Assembly: GCA_951406725.2 (NCBI GenBank)
Contig: OX597815.1
Coordinates: forward strand, 95,914,001-95,978,000
DNA from: Octopus vulgaris
Taxonomy: Eukaryota
Length of the DNA: 64,000 nucleotides
Reading direction: 5' to 3'
Part shown: one piece after another, positions 27,459-40,270 of the stretch
How positions within the stretch are numbered: position 1 is the stretch's first letter
Layout of the letters: each line of letters opens with the position of its first letter
The notes under the pieces: model-generated
What the model saw: only the letters and a program-made list of their open reading frames with translations
Told to the model about the DNA's origin: nothing
Database searches by the model: none
Translations under genes and position numbers: made by a program

Positions 27459-30098
27459 TATATGGATCTCCCACGTGCACGGGATATATAAGTACACATA
27501 TAATATCATAATCTGCATAAATATTTAGATAAATCCTACTTCAGTTGTAGTCTTTAAAATTGTAGCAATCCTTGGTTTCTGGTATCGAAATGTCTTTACA
27601 TGTTCCAGAATAAGGACACTATATTGCATCAACATTTAATTCCATATTTTTCATAATTTGTTCTCGAAATTTGTAGCTCACATATTTGAAAAATATATAG
27701 TTGCCTAGAGCTGTTATATAATATAACTTCACTCTAAATTCCGTTACGGTTACTAATAAGAATATTATATATCATTATAATTACCATAGCTATAATAAAA
27801 TGTCAAATATTCGATTGAAGCTAATATTGTCAGTGGCATGATGTAAGATATGTTGGATTTATTACTGATAAATTGTATAATACCTATTCCAAAAGGACGT
27901 AATTAATGAAGGGAATTATTGGTAATAGAGAATAGAGGCCAAAGCTGGATTTACGACTTATACTACAATAATGCATTTGAAAGAATATGAGCTGATGAAG
28001 TAGCTTCTATCTATTGAATTGACTTGTCCTGTCCTTTTATAATTGTCAAATTCCCTCCAGCTGAACTATCATTTCCAGCTTATTTTTGTAATGATTATTT
28101 GTAGGACCTATGCTAAATATTTATCATTCATCAAAGCAAAGCTAATTAAAGAATTTAAAAGCAACTGAATTCGATTGGTTAAGCAAATATGAATGCTTTG
28201 AATATATGACATATGATATAATAGTCCGTGATTTTGTTTTGATACACAGGAACGAAAAACAGCTTAGCACCAGAAACGCTTTTCTTATTTCATTATTTCC
28301 CATGATCATTTGGTTTGAAAGCATGCCTCCTTGACGCTGTGCTTGTCAACCCAACAATTGATAAAATAAATGTTTAGGTAGGGATATCTTTAAATATAAT
28401 CTTAAATTTCTAAAAATGCATGGCTTTGTGTATAATAAATTTATATATATGAACTTAGATGAATATTTTCATCAGTGCTGTTTAAAACAGATGAATACAA
28501 TGCTTAAATAAAAGACGCTAATACATGCAGCAGGAGATAAGAACTCCGCTCTCCCCACTTGACAATCCTTTACGTATAAGTCGAAAGGTATGCAGAGAGA
28601 GTTATATAAAAAGAGCACTTTATACGTTTAGAATAGTATATTTAAAACATACATATAGTCATCTATATTATACTAAAAAGGGAGAGATATTCATATTAAG
28701 TATAAATCGTTTATAAGACATTAATATCAAAATAACCCTCAGAAGTTTTAATGTAAATAATACCTTTTCTTTATATATAAATCCATTTCTGTGAAAATAT
28801 TGTGTGATGTATGAAAAAGTATATCGCAGAAATAATGATTTTTTCCCCTCTGAAACATTATGCCACGCTTGCAGAATGCATACATATATATAGAGATAAA
28901 TATACATACGCATAAACAGACAAAACACACACATATACATATGTTTAAATTGTATGACTATATATGTATAATTTATCTTTGCTTCATGTAAGATAAATTA
29001 TACATATATAATTTATCTTTATAAATTATATATGCATTACATATAGTAGTTGTGTTAACAATATGATTTATTGCATCGTTCATCAAATGAAATAAAAAAT
29101 GAAACTATGATTTTCTTGTATTACATATTGAATGGAAAAATGTTATATTTACACACACACACGCACACTCACATACACACATGCACACATGCACACACAC
29201 ACGAACAAGCACACGCAAATACTCACATGTATATATATTCATACACACACATATACATGTATATTGTACACATACAAACACGCACATACACACACAAATA
29301 TACATACATTGTATTAAAACCAAATTCATACATAAAATGTTTTGTATTCGAATTTAAATCATAATTATATTTACGTTACAGAACGGAAGTTCTTAAATGG
29401 ATCAAGATAGGAACTTTAATTTGTTTTTGATATTTAATTTTGCTACACACACATACATACACACACAGTCACATTACACTAATATATATACAGACACACA
29501 GACAGACACACCCACACACACATATACATACATAGATACTTACATATATATGCATATATATATACATATAGCAAAACCCATTAGTATTGTGAACTAATAT
29601 GCTACATTTACAGCTGGAAGACAAGCAAAACACTCTCAATATAAATATGAAGTAAAAACTTTATTCGTCAACTTGTTACATCAACACATACGCGAAACCC
29701 GATAAACTGTAATGCATTTAATTTTATTCCTTAAAAAACAAACAATACACATCATTTTACTGTATAGGGATTGTGTTCTGTTAAAGTCGTATTCTTTTAA
29801 GTTAATATTTGAATTGACTTATACATTGATTGTCAAAACACTTCTAGATAATGCATTCCTTTGCTATTATTCAGTTCTAAATATAATGCAAAGTTAAGCA
29901 AACTAAGATCTTTATATATATTGGAAAAAATAATGTCTGATTACTTCACGTATTCCGAATTGTATGCAATAAAAATTTCTATACAAGGTATATCGAATTA
30001 GGGTAAGCTAATTCTACACGAGATTCGAGTCGATCAACTGTGGGTCAATTTGGTAGATCGAAACTGCATGGAAACCCGTTGGATATATATGTGGGTGC

Positions 30099-30142
<44 letters not shown>

Positions 30143-30909
30143 ATGGCATTATTAAAATACCATCACAAGTGGCAAGCGAATTGTCAGCCGTACAGGCAAA
30201 TTAATAAAATATATACATACAATATTAGATATGTACATATATACACAAGGGTACTGCATGTGTACCTGTATCGCTAATGATAGAAGTTAAAAAATACTTC
30301 TGTACCACTGAATAGTCACAAATCTATTACAGACAAGATAGGAAAAATATCAGTGAGCAATAATAATGTCTCACCTTAAATGGGTCAGAAAAAGTAAATG
30401 CTGGTCAACTCGGTACCGGTTTCGAAATTTAGCACCACCTAGGCGCGTGATTTCTCACATATGTATATGCTTTATATATATATATTTAAAACATATATAT
30501 GTGTGTGCGCATGTGTGTGCATGCGCATGCGCTCGCATTAAGTTGTGTAGTCTATATTACATGGTTTTATATTCCTAGTCCAGCGAGCATTGCGATCTGA
30601 AAAAATGTACTTCATTTCATGCAGTTCCAGTTCACTCAGCTGTAAAAAGGTGAGCCTGTGGCAGTCACGTATTCTCAGTATTTTGATCTTACCTTTGTTC
30701 AGACAAAACTATACATCTTATACTGACACATATAGATAATCTGTTTTCAATTTATAGCAGTATATCCTACAGACAGTATATCCTAACAGACCTGTACCTA
30801 AATTTTGAAATTTTAGCCCGTTGTTTGGAAAACGTCTATAAATCTACTAAAAAAAATGCTTAAAAATAATCGGAATTCAAGTACCACTGTTATGAAAATA
30901 TTGGTTTTA

Positions 30910-31117
30910 TATTTTGACTCAAGGCCAGAAAATACGTGGGAGGGGATCAGTGGATTACATTGACCCCAGTATGCAACTGGTACCTCTTTTATCGACTTCG
31001 GAAGTATGAAAGTCAGAGACGATCTTGGAGAAATATGGTTTCAGAACATAAAGACGAACGAAATAGCGCTAAGAATTTTGTCTTGCGTCCTAATGATCCT
31101 GTTAGCTCGCCGCCTTA
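30910..31117 (-). mobile_element. tRNA-derived SINE, decayed (same family as 62260-62445)
   Basis: Minus strand AAGGCGGCGAGCTAACAGGATC...CTTTCATACTTCCGAAGTCGATAAAAGAGGTACCAGTTGCATACTGGGGTCAATG; the central core resembles the Meta-domain SINE core as I recall it. Confidence 0.65.
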
Positions 31118-31972
31118 ACGTTATCTGATTATTGATTTAATGTTTTGGCACAAGGCCAACCGTTTTCAGAATATTAACCAATTCTTTCCATTGCAAAAAA
31201 AAAAGTATACTGACTGACATTTGACGTCAGAAAAATACTAATTATGTTTCTCAAGTACATAAAGTTTGTAAACGTAAAGATATTTGATCAAATGTTTTGG
31301 GAGAAAAACGGAACTAGCAAATTAAGTATTGATGTCATCAAAAGTTCGCTTAACAATTTGCTCTGGGGAATATTGAATATTGCTTGACGACCATGTAGAC
31401 TTCAGGGACAAATCAACCAATTAATTTCGCAAAATATTTACCGACGTCGAAGGTGTACTGACTCATCGCGTTTATCCAGTCCTGATAAAACATTACTCTT
31501 TTAGAGTAGTGTTACATGAAGAGCAACCGCATATTGCCCCTATTTCCCTAAATTTGAAATCACTAGAAATGTGAAAGCACAATATCAAATTACTTTTAGT
31601 TGTCTCTAAACTAAAACATACCTGTAGATTCTTTTAAAACAGGAAAGTATTCGTAATATTGTAAAATAAAATATTGTAAAGTTGTAAAATTAAAAAAACA
31701 AAATTCGAAAAGCGTAGTGAAACTGAATGTACTTGACTAATGTATCATTCTGCACACAATTTGCAATCTGTAATCTATATGTATACGTGCATGTATGCAT
31801 ATATATATGTGTGTGTGTTCGTGCGTGTGCATACGTGTATTTATATGTATATGTATATATAACATTTTATAATTATGAGTATAATTATAATTAGGTTCAG
31901 TAAAAATTTGCCGAAATTTTAAAAAAGTAGTTAAAACGTACTATTTCACTACTATAAGAAAATCTCCTAGAT

Positions 31973-32029
<57 letters not shown>

Positions 32030-32958
32030 GAAAGAGAGAGAGAGAGAAAAAGAGTTTAGGGCACGTATACATACACACACATTTATGTTTTCAGAGAGAA
32101 TGCTTCGTATATCATAACATTAAATTTCTCTCCAAGGTGTATCAAAGACAGAACGTACACATGGACAAGAGCGGCGGCAATATTTCTCAGTGATTGATTA
32201 TATCGATATGAATACCTATTTTCTTCCGTGCACCACTTGCGATTCTCTTGTTTGTAAATTGTATGTGATTGTCGTTGAGCATGTTATGAAATGAATAATT
32301 TATTACGATTCTATCTCTAGCACCGAATATAAACAGGCAGTCAAGAATAAAAGCAGCGTTTTACTTTTTAATGAAGACCTACTAAGCGTCTTATAATATG
32401 AAGTAGATTCCATTGTAAAGTAACATAGAAAGACGATTATCATAATAGTGCTACTTCTTTTATTGTTGTGTCATAACAATGCGACAGAAAGTTTTCCTAA
32501 CTCTTTAAGTAGTTATTTGCATTTAAACTTCTTCAGAAGAATATATATTGTGAGAGCATCGAGCATTTCATATTGATATCTCTTCATCTTCGAATATGTT
32601 GCCGTTTGGTCTCTTGAAGATAAAAGACCATTTCCTTGTTTGTAAAATTGTCTGAAACTTTTGAAAGTGAAATATGAAAATTAGAAGAGCAATACGCTAA
32701 TCATGCTTAATTCGGTAACAACTCCCAGTTATTTTTTAATGTGCACTTTACATTACATTAGCAGCAAAATGAATTATTACCTGTTTCCAGAGCTGTTACG
32801 GAAGATTCACATCAATCAATAGCAATAAAGCAGTTAATATTGGCTGCAAGTCTGACTTTAATTGATGACCGTTTTCTTTGATGTAACATCTTAAGAGCCG
32901 AAAATATATGTCACACTCGATTTCCCGGCACATATCATGGAATATCATCTTATCAATG

Positions 32959-32990
<32 letters not shown>

Positions 32991-33692
32991 CGAGGAAACA
33001 CATAGGAAACCTAATTACATATTTACTGAGTAACATTACACTGTTTATAGTTCGTATAATTTATGTAGCATCATGGGTGGGAGAACCATTCAATACATAT
33101 CTGAAACAAATTTAGTTGCTGGTTTAATTTGTAAACGTGTTACTAACTCAATGCGCTATAGACGTTAGCATAACTGCAGTGAAAATATTTTACGGCGATT
33201 TCCATTCACTTCTGGGTGAAACAGTTTCAACTCTGAAGTATTTATATAAATCAGCAACTATACTACGTGTGAAAAATAGTTTTGTGTCTTCAATATTATT
33301 ATGCCAGTTCATAGAAGAAATGTTATAGAAAAACTAAAGTAGCAAGAATCATTTTTTCTTCTAAAGAATTGTATCTTAAAATCTACATAAAATTAATATA
33401 TGGTAACAAGATACCGGTTTCCACTGAAGATTACATAGAACAATTGCAGAGATTTTCTCATATATTCTTCCACATTTTATCTTATGCTGATGAAAGTGTT
33501 TCCTCTGCAGTGAGAAACAGTTAGCCCTGATAACAAATGTATTACTATACTATTCTAAAATTTAAAGACATGCAACTTATCACTGTGTAGGGTGAATAGA
33601 CATGTAGATGTGAATCTACAATGACATAACTTTAAGATAGATTCTTCTAAATTTGTTTGAAAGAAGAACGCGAGTAAAATGAGAAACGCGAC

Positions 33693-34662
33693 CATAAAAT
33701 CAATGGCATGGAAAACATTTTTTCGAACAACGAAAGAAACAAATAGAGAAAAGAAACAGGCAACATAAAGAACATTCCCTTCATCAGTTGTCCCCTGTTT
33801 TATCCACTCCGCTTTTCGAAGGTAGGGACAAGTCACGACGTAGTTAAAACTGTCCTACCCGCAAAGCAATTAAATAAAATTTGGAATGTTTTCAGGAGGG
33901 TTAAAGTGGTAACAAAAACCGGACAGTAAGAATAAAACAATGATAACGAACGATGAGGGCTCTTAAGCCATAACGAGGTGATGTAGTGGACGCTGAAAAT
34001 GAGCTACCTGAAGAGACAGGCAAAAACACGTCTTATGTTTTGGAAGGAATTGGAAGTAAGAAAGATAGATAGCCGTTGGTCACGTATGAGCAACGAGAAT
34101 CAATGAGAAAGAGAGTCAAGGTTAAACTTTCCAAGTAAGTTTTATCATAATTCCGATGCGCACTCTTATTCTTCTTCCTTTCTCATTATCTCTCCCATCC
34201 TTTCTCTAAATCTTCTCCGCTCCCCTTCACCGTTCCCTCGCTTTCTCCCTCTCTCACTCTTTTACCTTGATTCTCTCGTTGCTCATACGTGATCAACGGC
34301 TATCTATCTTCCTTTCTTCCACTTCCTTCCTAAACACAAGATTTATTTTTTCCCGTCTCTTCTCAAAGCAGGTTTTTCCAGCGTTCACCACTTCACCTCG
34401 TTACGGGTTAACAACCCTCATTGTTTGTTTTTAATGTTTTGTTCTTACTGTCCGGTTTTTGTTACCACTTTAATCCCCCGCAAAAAATCACTAATTTTAT
34501 TTAATTTCCTTTACGGGAAGGACTGTTTTAACGAAGTCATGACTTGTTCCTCCATGCATCCATTTCCAAGTAAGTTGTATCTATTATCATGATTGTCTCG
34601 TTTCTCTATTTGTTTATTTTATCGTTCGAAAAAGTTTGTTTTCCATGCATTTGAATTTTATG
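33693..34662. repeat. Long diverged inverted repeat (arms of about 430 and 400 bp)
   Basis: 33693-34126 vs 34260-34662; e.g. TTAAAGTGGTAACAAAAACCGGACAGTAAGAA / TTCTTACTGTCCGGTTTTTGTTACCACTTTAA and AAGATAGATAGCCGTTG.TCACGTATGAGCAACGAGA with its reverse complement. Ends at (TA)n. Confidence 0.85.
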
Positions 34663-34676
34663 TAGGCATGTACATG

Positions 34677-34738
<62 letters not shown>

Positions 34739-34820
34739 TATATGTATATATAATTTATATTATTATAGGATCGAACACCATGCATCCATTTCCAAGTAAG
34801 TTGTATCTATAAATATATAA

Positions 34821-35230
34821 TTTCCTAGACTGCCATGTTAGCTTGGCGATAACTATTAATATCTAGTACTGCTGTCGTGGTCTCCTTTAGAGATATTTAG
34901 GAATATTAATATTTCAAAATTTGAAAACCTGTGGATATGTCCAGTGAATATAGGTAAATAAACGTCCGAACAGACAGTCAGGATAGCTAGAGGTCTACTG
35001 GCCACATTGAACCTATCAATCGCAGAAACGTCCTATTGTTGAACCAGCAAGGGGGAGTTGCTACACTCCCCTGTTCGAAGGTTGTAAAGGACACATAGAT
35101 AGCTAGAGGTTATGGCCTATTGAACCTATCAACTGCAGAAGTCGTCCTATTTTCCTGGACTGCCATGTTAGCTTGGCGATAACTATTAATATCCGGTACT
35201 GCTGCCGTTGTCTCCTGTAGAGAGATTAAG

Positions 35231-35236
<6 letters not shown>
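34821..35236 (+). repeat. Terminally redundant 330-bp unit running into (TA)n
   Basis: Direct repeats of about 85 bp at 34821-34906 and 35151-35236, plus an internal repeat of about 55 bp at 34982 and 35098. Confidence 0.8.
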
Positions 35237-35294
<58 letters not shown>

Positions 35295-35298
<4 letters not shown>

Positions 35299-35915
35299 GA
35301 AGGAAGAAATTTGCACCAACTTTACATACTTTTAATATATTTTATAATATATTTCATTTTGTTTTTCGACTGCTTACGCTTTCGCTAATCATGACATAGA
35401 AATTATTGTAATTTAATATTTTCTTAAGAAGATTTTAGTCTATGTTTTGTGTGGAGAAGTTTATAAATGAATCATTAAACGAATAGAAAAATCGAAGGCG
35501 AGGTAATTGGTGATCATTATTGTTGGGGACAGGAGCGGTAATTGCTCATGTGTCGTGAGGGTAATTGTTCATCTTACACCAAAAAATGAGCAATTACCTC
35601 CACAGTTCCCAATAATAACGATCACGAATTTCCTCTCCTTAGATTATTCTACTTGTTGAATCATTCATTCTTAAACCTCTGCACACACAACATGGGCTAA
35701 CATATTCTTAAGAAAATGCCATATTGCAATACTTTGAACGTCATTATTAGCGAAAACGAATCCGTTCGCCAAACACAATATGAAATATATTTAAAAATAT
35801 ATTGAATTTATGTAAAGTCTGAGCATTTTCCTTCTATTTTATATATACATCTTTTTGCATTACATATCCCCAGGTAGGGATAAACGAAATTCCTCCATTT
35901 GTGTTTATATCTATA

Positions 35916-35998
<83 letters not shown>

Positions 35999-36108
35999 AA
36001 ATATATATATATAAAAACGCAAAGGGACGAATTTGGATTATCCCCACCCGGGGAAATGTAATGCAAAAATGTATATTTAAAATAAAAGAAGGAAAATGCT
36101 CAGACTTT
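35295..36108. repeat. Two interlocked inverted repeats
   Basis: IR1 35295-35550 / 35586-35840; IR2 35814-35908 / 36008-36108 around a (TCTA)n tract; 35814-35840 is shared. Confidence 0.8.
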
Positions 36109-36212
36109 CAGAAAATTGAGAATTCTCAGATTAACAAACACATCGATTGAAACACATTTATAGCTTATTTTCTAATGCAAAGCATGACAAAACAAATAGG
36201 TGACATAACATA

Positions 36213-36325
36213 TCTTACGGTTGTTTCCGATAAGTTGTCAAGGTGCAGTCTCTAAGGAAATGCGTGAATAACGATCTCCATTTTCATAGATAATTCGAAT
36301 TAAGACACGAAGCTTCATCAGAGTA
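36213..36325 (-). ncRNA. Type I hammerhead relic with a long stem II insertion
   Basis: Minus strand UACU-CUGAUGA-(87 nt)-GAAAC-AACC-GUA^AGAU; core intact, stems I and II pair poorly. Confidence 0.4.
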
Positions 36326-37504
36326 AAAAGAAAATAGAGTATACAATATAAACAAAAGGTGGAAGGAAAAGGAAAACAAACATGGCCTAGATAAAAAGTA
36401 TATACGGAAAATACTAATGTGATTATCAAACGTTATAACCTGCGTGAAAGAAGTGTGAAGAGAGGAAGTGTCCACAGTTTATGGTTAAGGGGACGCAACA
36501 AGTACTGGTAATTCACCGATTCCGTTAGGGCTACTAGGAAATGAAATTGGGCTTAACCTAATATATAGCGAATTGTGGTAATAATTTGTTGTATACAGGT
36601 ACGGAAGAAAGATCCATCTGATACGTACAATAAAACACATCTACCCTTATATCTCCACATACAGCCCCAGAAAAAAGAGGCATTTAACACAATCGCGCGT
36701 AGACTACAATAAAAAGGCACTTACAATTAGGTGGTCAATATTTAAGGCTAAATCATATGTTGAATATTATCAAATAATGAAACTCCCTACTTTCCACAGT
36801 ATATTAAGTATTAAAAGTATATAGTTCCTATTATTGTAAAATAATTTAAAAGAGTATATTGGTACTATGTGGGTACAGTTAATGCCGGATCCTCAGGCAG
36901 ATTAGTACTATGAGGAAAGGTACCTTAAATCAAACAATTTACTAAACATACTTAAAAAGCAATAACAAATACCCTAAGATAAGAATGAAATACTAATTAA
37001 ATCTAAACGTTAAAATTATAAACAAACGTATATTAACTCCAAGTGGGTGCAAAAAGGACTATTACAATCAACAGTCTGTGGGTATATTACAATGCCCGCA
37101 ACATAGATATTGCTATCAATAAAATCTAATAATTCAAAGATAATAGTTAAAAGATATATTAACTCTCAGTGGGTGCAGCTATACAATTACAATCAATGGG
37201 CAACATATACCGCTCTACATAGTGCAACAAAATTATACAATATATCCTGGAAAGGCAAGCCAACATACTTCTACAAACAGACAGACACATACAATGTAAG
37301 GTGTACAATGAAATAAAGAAAAAAATAACATATAATAAAAATAAAATGAAAAAGATGAATAAATCAAACATGGGAGAAATATTGTTCGTATATTTTATCC
37401 TTTATCCCTTAGGCGGTTATTATAACCGCTAACGCTGTTTACAATATATATATATATACAGCATATAAGTTATAACTGAAGGAAACATTGTACGTCTCTC
37501 ATTC

Positions 37505-37726
37505 TCTTTTATCTTTACTTGTATCATTTTAGAGAGTGCGGCCATGCTGGAGCACCGCCATTAGTGGAGAAAATTTGTTTTTGGAAGCCTATAGGGCTCT
37601 TTCGCCGAACCGCTAAGTACGGGTACGTAAACACACGACCATCGGTTGTCAAGCGATGTTGGGGGACAAACATAGACACACAAAAATATACACACACACA
37701 TACGTACATACATACATACATACATA

Positions 37727-37778
<52 letters not shown>

Positions 37779-37934
37779 TACCTTTATATACATATATACG
37801 ACGGGCGTCTTTCAGTTTCCGTCCACCAAACAAGGCTTTGGTCGTCCTGAGGCTATAGTAGAGGACCTTTACCCAAGGTGTCGCCACGCAGTGAAAATGT
37901 ACACGGAACCATGTGGTTGGTAAGAAAGCTACTT
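37505..37934 (-). mobile_element. tRNA-derived SINE body with internal (TA)n; its 5' end is displaced to 40271-40306 by an insertion
   Basis: GGCCATGCTGGAGCACCGCC...CCGCTAAGTACGGG...TCAGTTTCCGTC...CCCAAGGTG..GCCACGCAGTG...GGAACCATGTGGTTGGTAAG continues as AGCAAGCTACTTACCACACAGCCACTCCTGTGCCTA at 40271-40306; an uninterrupted homologue lies at 54678-55158. Confidence 0.85.
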
Positions 37935-40270
37935 TATTTCATAACATTTGCCATAAAGGCAGTACATAGAGTAAGTTAGCTTTGCGGGCTGCACGAGGAC
38001 ATTAATGAAATGAATGATAATGAAAGAAAGATGATGTGGATGGGAGAAGACAAGAAGTGCCCGCCGACTTCTGCTTCTCTAAAACATTGTTCTTTTAAAA
38101 ACAAACACAAAACGAGGTATCAAACCTCTTCCAATTTTTACAAATTTTCAATTTTTGGACTTAACAGTCCATTACTAATAACAACATAGTTCAATAATTA
38201 CATATATAAATACAATACACAAAGCCCCTCCTCCCAGACCTGGCTTACACTTCCCTTAGGAATGCGCCAGCTCTAGGTCCGGGCCCCTCAAGTTGTATCA
38301 CAATTTGACTCGTCCTCGAAATAACTTGTGCCCGCACCCTCCACCATCCACCACGCCTCCCTCATAACGTAATCGAGTTCCGAGTTAGCGTCGCCCGGGA
38401 CCAAGCTATAATCCTCATTGAGCTCCTTCAGCCCAAGCGTCACGTCGAACGCCACGGCCTCCACAGCTACCTGCGGAGGCCATTCGGGGTCCTGTGTGAA
38501 GGCTAAAGGTGCTCCCTTGTGGTGCTTTTCCATCACCTTTTCAATCTCTCCGCCTCTATGGAAGAGGATCAATACCTCGTTTTTGCTCGGGTGCGGGATA
38601 TTCAATTCTTTCGTTGGCGGCACAGTTCCCGCCAACGGTATTTCTTCTCCTGTCGGTGGCACAACCCCAACCGACGTAGTTCCGGGACATTCCGGTGCTA
38701 TGGCACCGACAGCCGGTAATGTCCCGTTTCTTTTCCTCTTTTTCTTTTTTTTCTTTTCAGCTGAGGGAAGGTGCGTCTCCTCCGTGGCCGGAAGATTCGC
38801 CTTTCCCTCCTCATCCCTAGTATCCTTTGGTGAGCACCCATTGTTGCTCACCTTCCTCTTTCGGCCTCTGTTTGAGGAGTCCTCCGCTTCCTCGGCCGTT
38901 TTCATTCCCCCTTCTACAGGGGTTTCACTTAACTGTTCCGGGATCCTATTTTGTTCCCGGGGACAGTTCTTCTTTATATGGCCGCACTCCAAGCACCGAT
39001 GACACTTAGGGGGGCGACCCTCAAGCATCACCGGGTACCTGCACCCGGCCATTTTCAAAAATCTGGAAGAACCAGATTGGCTGATTGGGTCCAAAGGGTC
39101 AAAATTGCTTTTGACCCAACCCAAGCAGCCGCAGGTAGAACTTTCACATTAAGGAGCTTAGTTTCGCTGCCACCCAGACCCCGGCGAATAGTCTCCTCTA
39201 TCCGCTCGGGTTTTATCCCGGGTGGCAGCCCGCAAATCCAAGCTTTCGTCAGTCTCTGTTTTTGGTACGTGGGCAGGAATAAAATTTCCTTACCCTCCAG
39301 GGGTTTGCTAGCAAATTTGCAAGCCTCTTCAGGGGTGTCAAATAGCAACCACACCGTTGCATATTTGACACGCCTGGAAATGAATTTAATTGTTGGCAAA
39401 TACTCTGCCAACTCCTTTTCAATTGCCGTCTTTTCGAATAGGGCGTTGATGTCGAGTGCCTTGGAGTAGGTTCTCAACACCACCGTCCTATCTTCACGGT
39501 CTTTTAACCACTTTTTAGGCGCTATGATCTCTCATTCCAAAATTTTGTCGTTTTTCATTGCCATGTTTTTTTGTTTTTTTTAAATATATTCAAATTAAAC
39601 TTAAAAAGCGAGAAGAAAAAAGTTCAAAAGTCCAAATAAAGTTTGATAGATTTTTGAAAAAACAAAAAGGAGAAAGCACAACAGAAGGGAAGAAATCAAC
39701 GGAAAGTCGCAATAAACAAAAAAAAACAAAAGGGGGAGTTAAATGAAGTTCAAAAGAAAGTTAATAAACAGAAAAAACACAGCAAAAATCTTCTGGCCTT
39801 ACGGTACTCCCGGCCTGAGTTGAACCTGGAACGCCGCAACTGGAACACAACCTCCACAAAAATGGGTCCGAAAGGTAATCCAAAAGTGGCTTATTCTTAT
39901 AATTTTCTTGCGAAGTACTCTGACAAGGGAATAAATTCAACAAACCCAAACACAGCACTGGCTACCGCCAACGGTAATTTTAACAGTAACTGTATTGGGT
40001 TCCGAGGATACGCCCCTCCACTGTTTTTTTTTTCCAATAAACACAAAAACAAAGCAGCCGCCGAGAGCAGGCGAAATTGTCTCAGAGTTGGACACAACTT
40101 ATTGAAATAATAATTAGCACGCAATAAATTGTGCCCAACTCACAATAAACAAAATCACTCACCTCGACAACTTTCTGTTTTTGGTCTTTTTTCTATAATT
40201 GGACGGAGCTGGTTAACTCACGTCCACTCTGGCTCAACAGGAAGCAACTGACTAACTGCGCATGTGTGTT
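37935..40270 (-). mobile_element. ORF1-only non-LTR retroelement (HAL1-like, probably L1/Tx1-related), about 2.3 kb, with TSD
   Basis: TSD AG(A/C)AAGCTACTT at 37923-37934 and 40271-40282; minus strand ends in AATAAA; about 700-nt 5' UTR, one gag-like ORF, about 350-nt 3' UTR, no RT sequence. Confidence 0.8.
38288..39564 (-). pseudogene. LINE ORF1p-like nucleic-acid-binding protein (RRM-like region plus CCHC zinc knuckle)
   Basis: ATG at 39564 is in frame with ORF 39055..39483 with one TGA at codon 11; a frameshift near 39060 joins LVLPDF to LKMAGCRYPVMLEGRPPK-CHRCLECGHIKKNC (CX2CX4HX4C); basic KKKKKKRKR tract. Confidence 0.8.

Noticed and set aside
33423-33530. CTGAAGA and CTGATGA...GAAAC motifs
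   Set aside because: No compatible helices could be formed.
38418-39469. Plus-strand ORFs of 194 and 172 aa
   Set aside because: Antisense shadows of the minus-strand ORF1 pseudogene.
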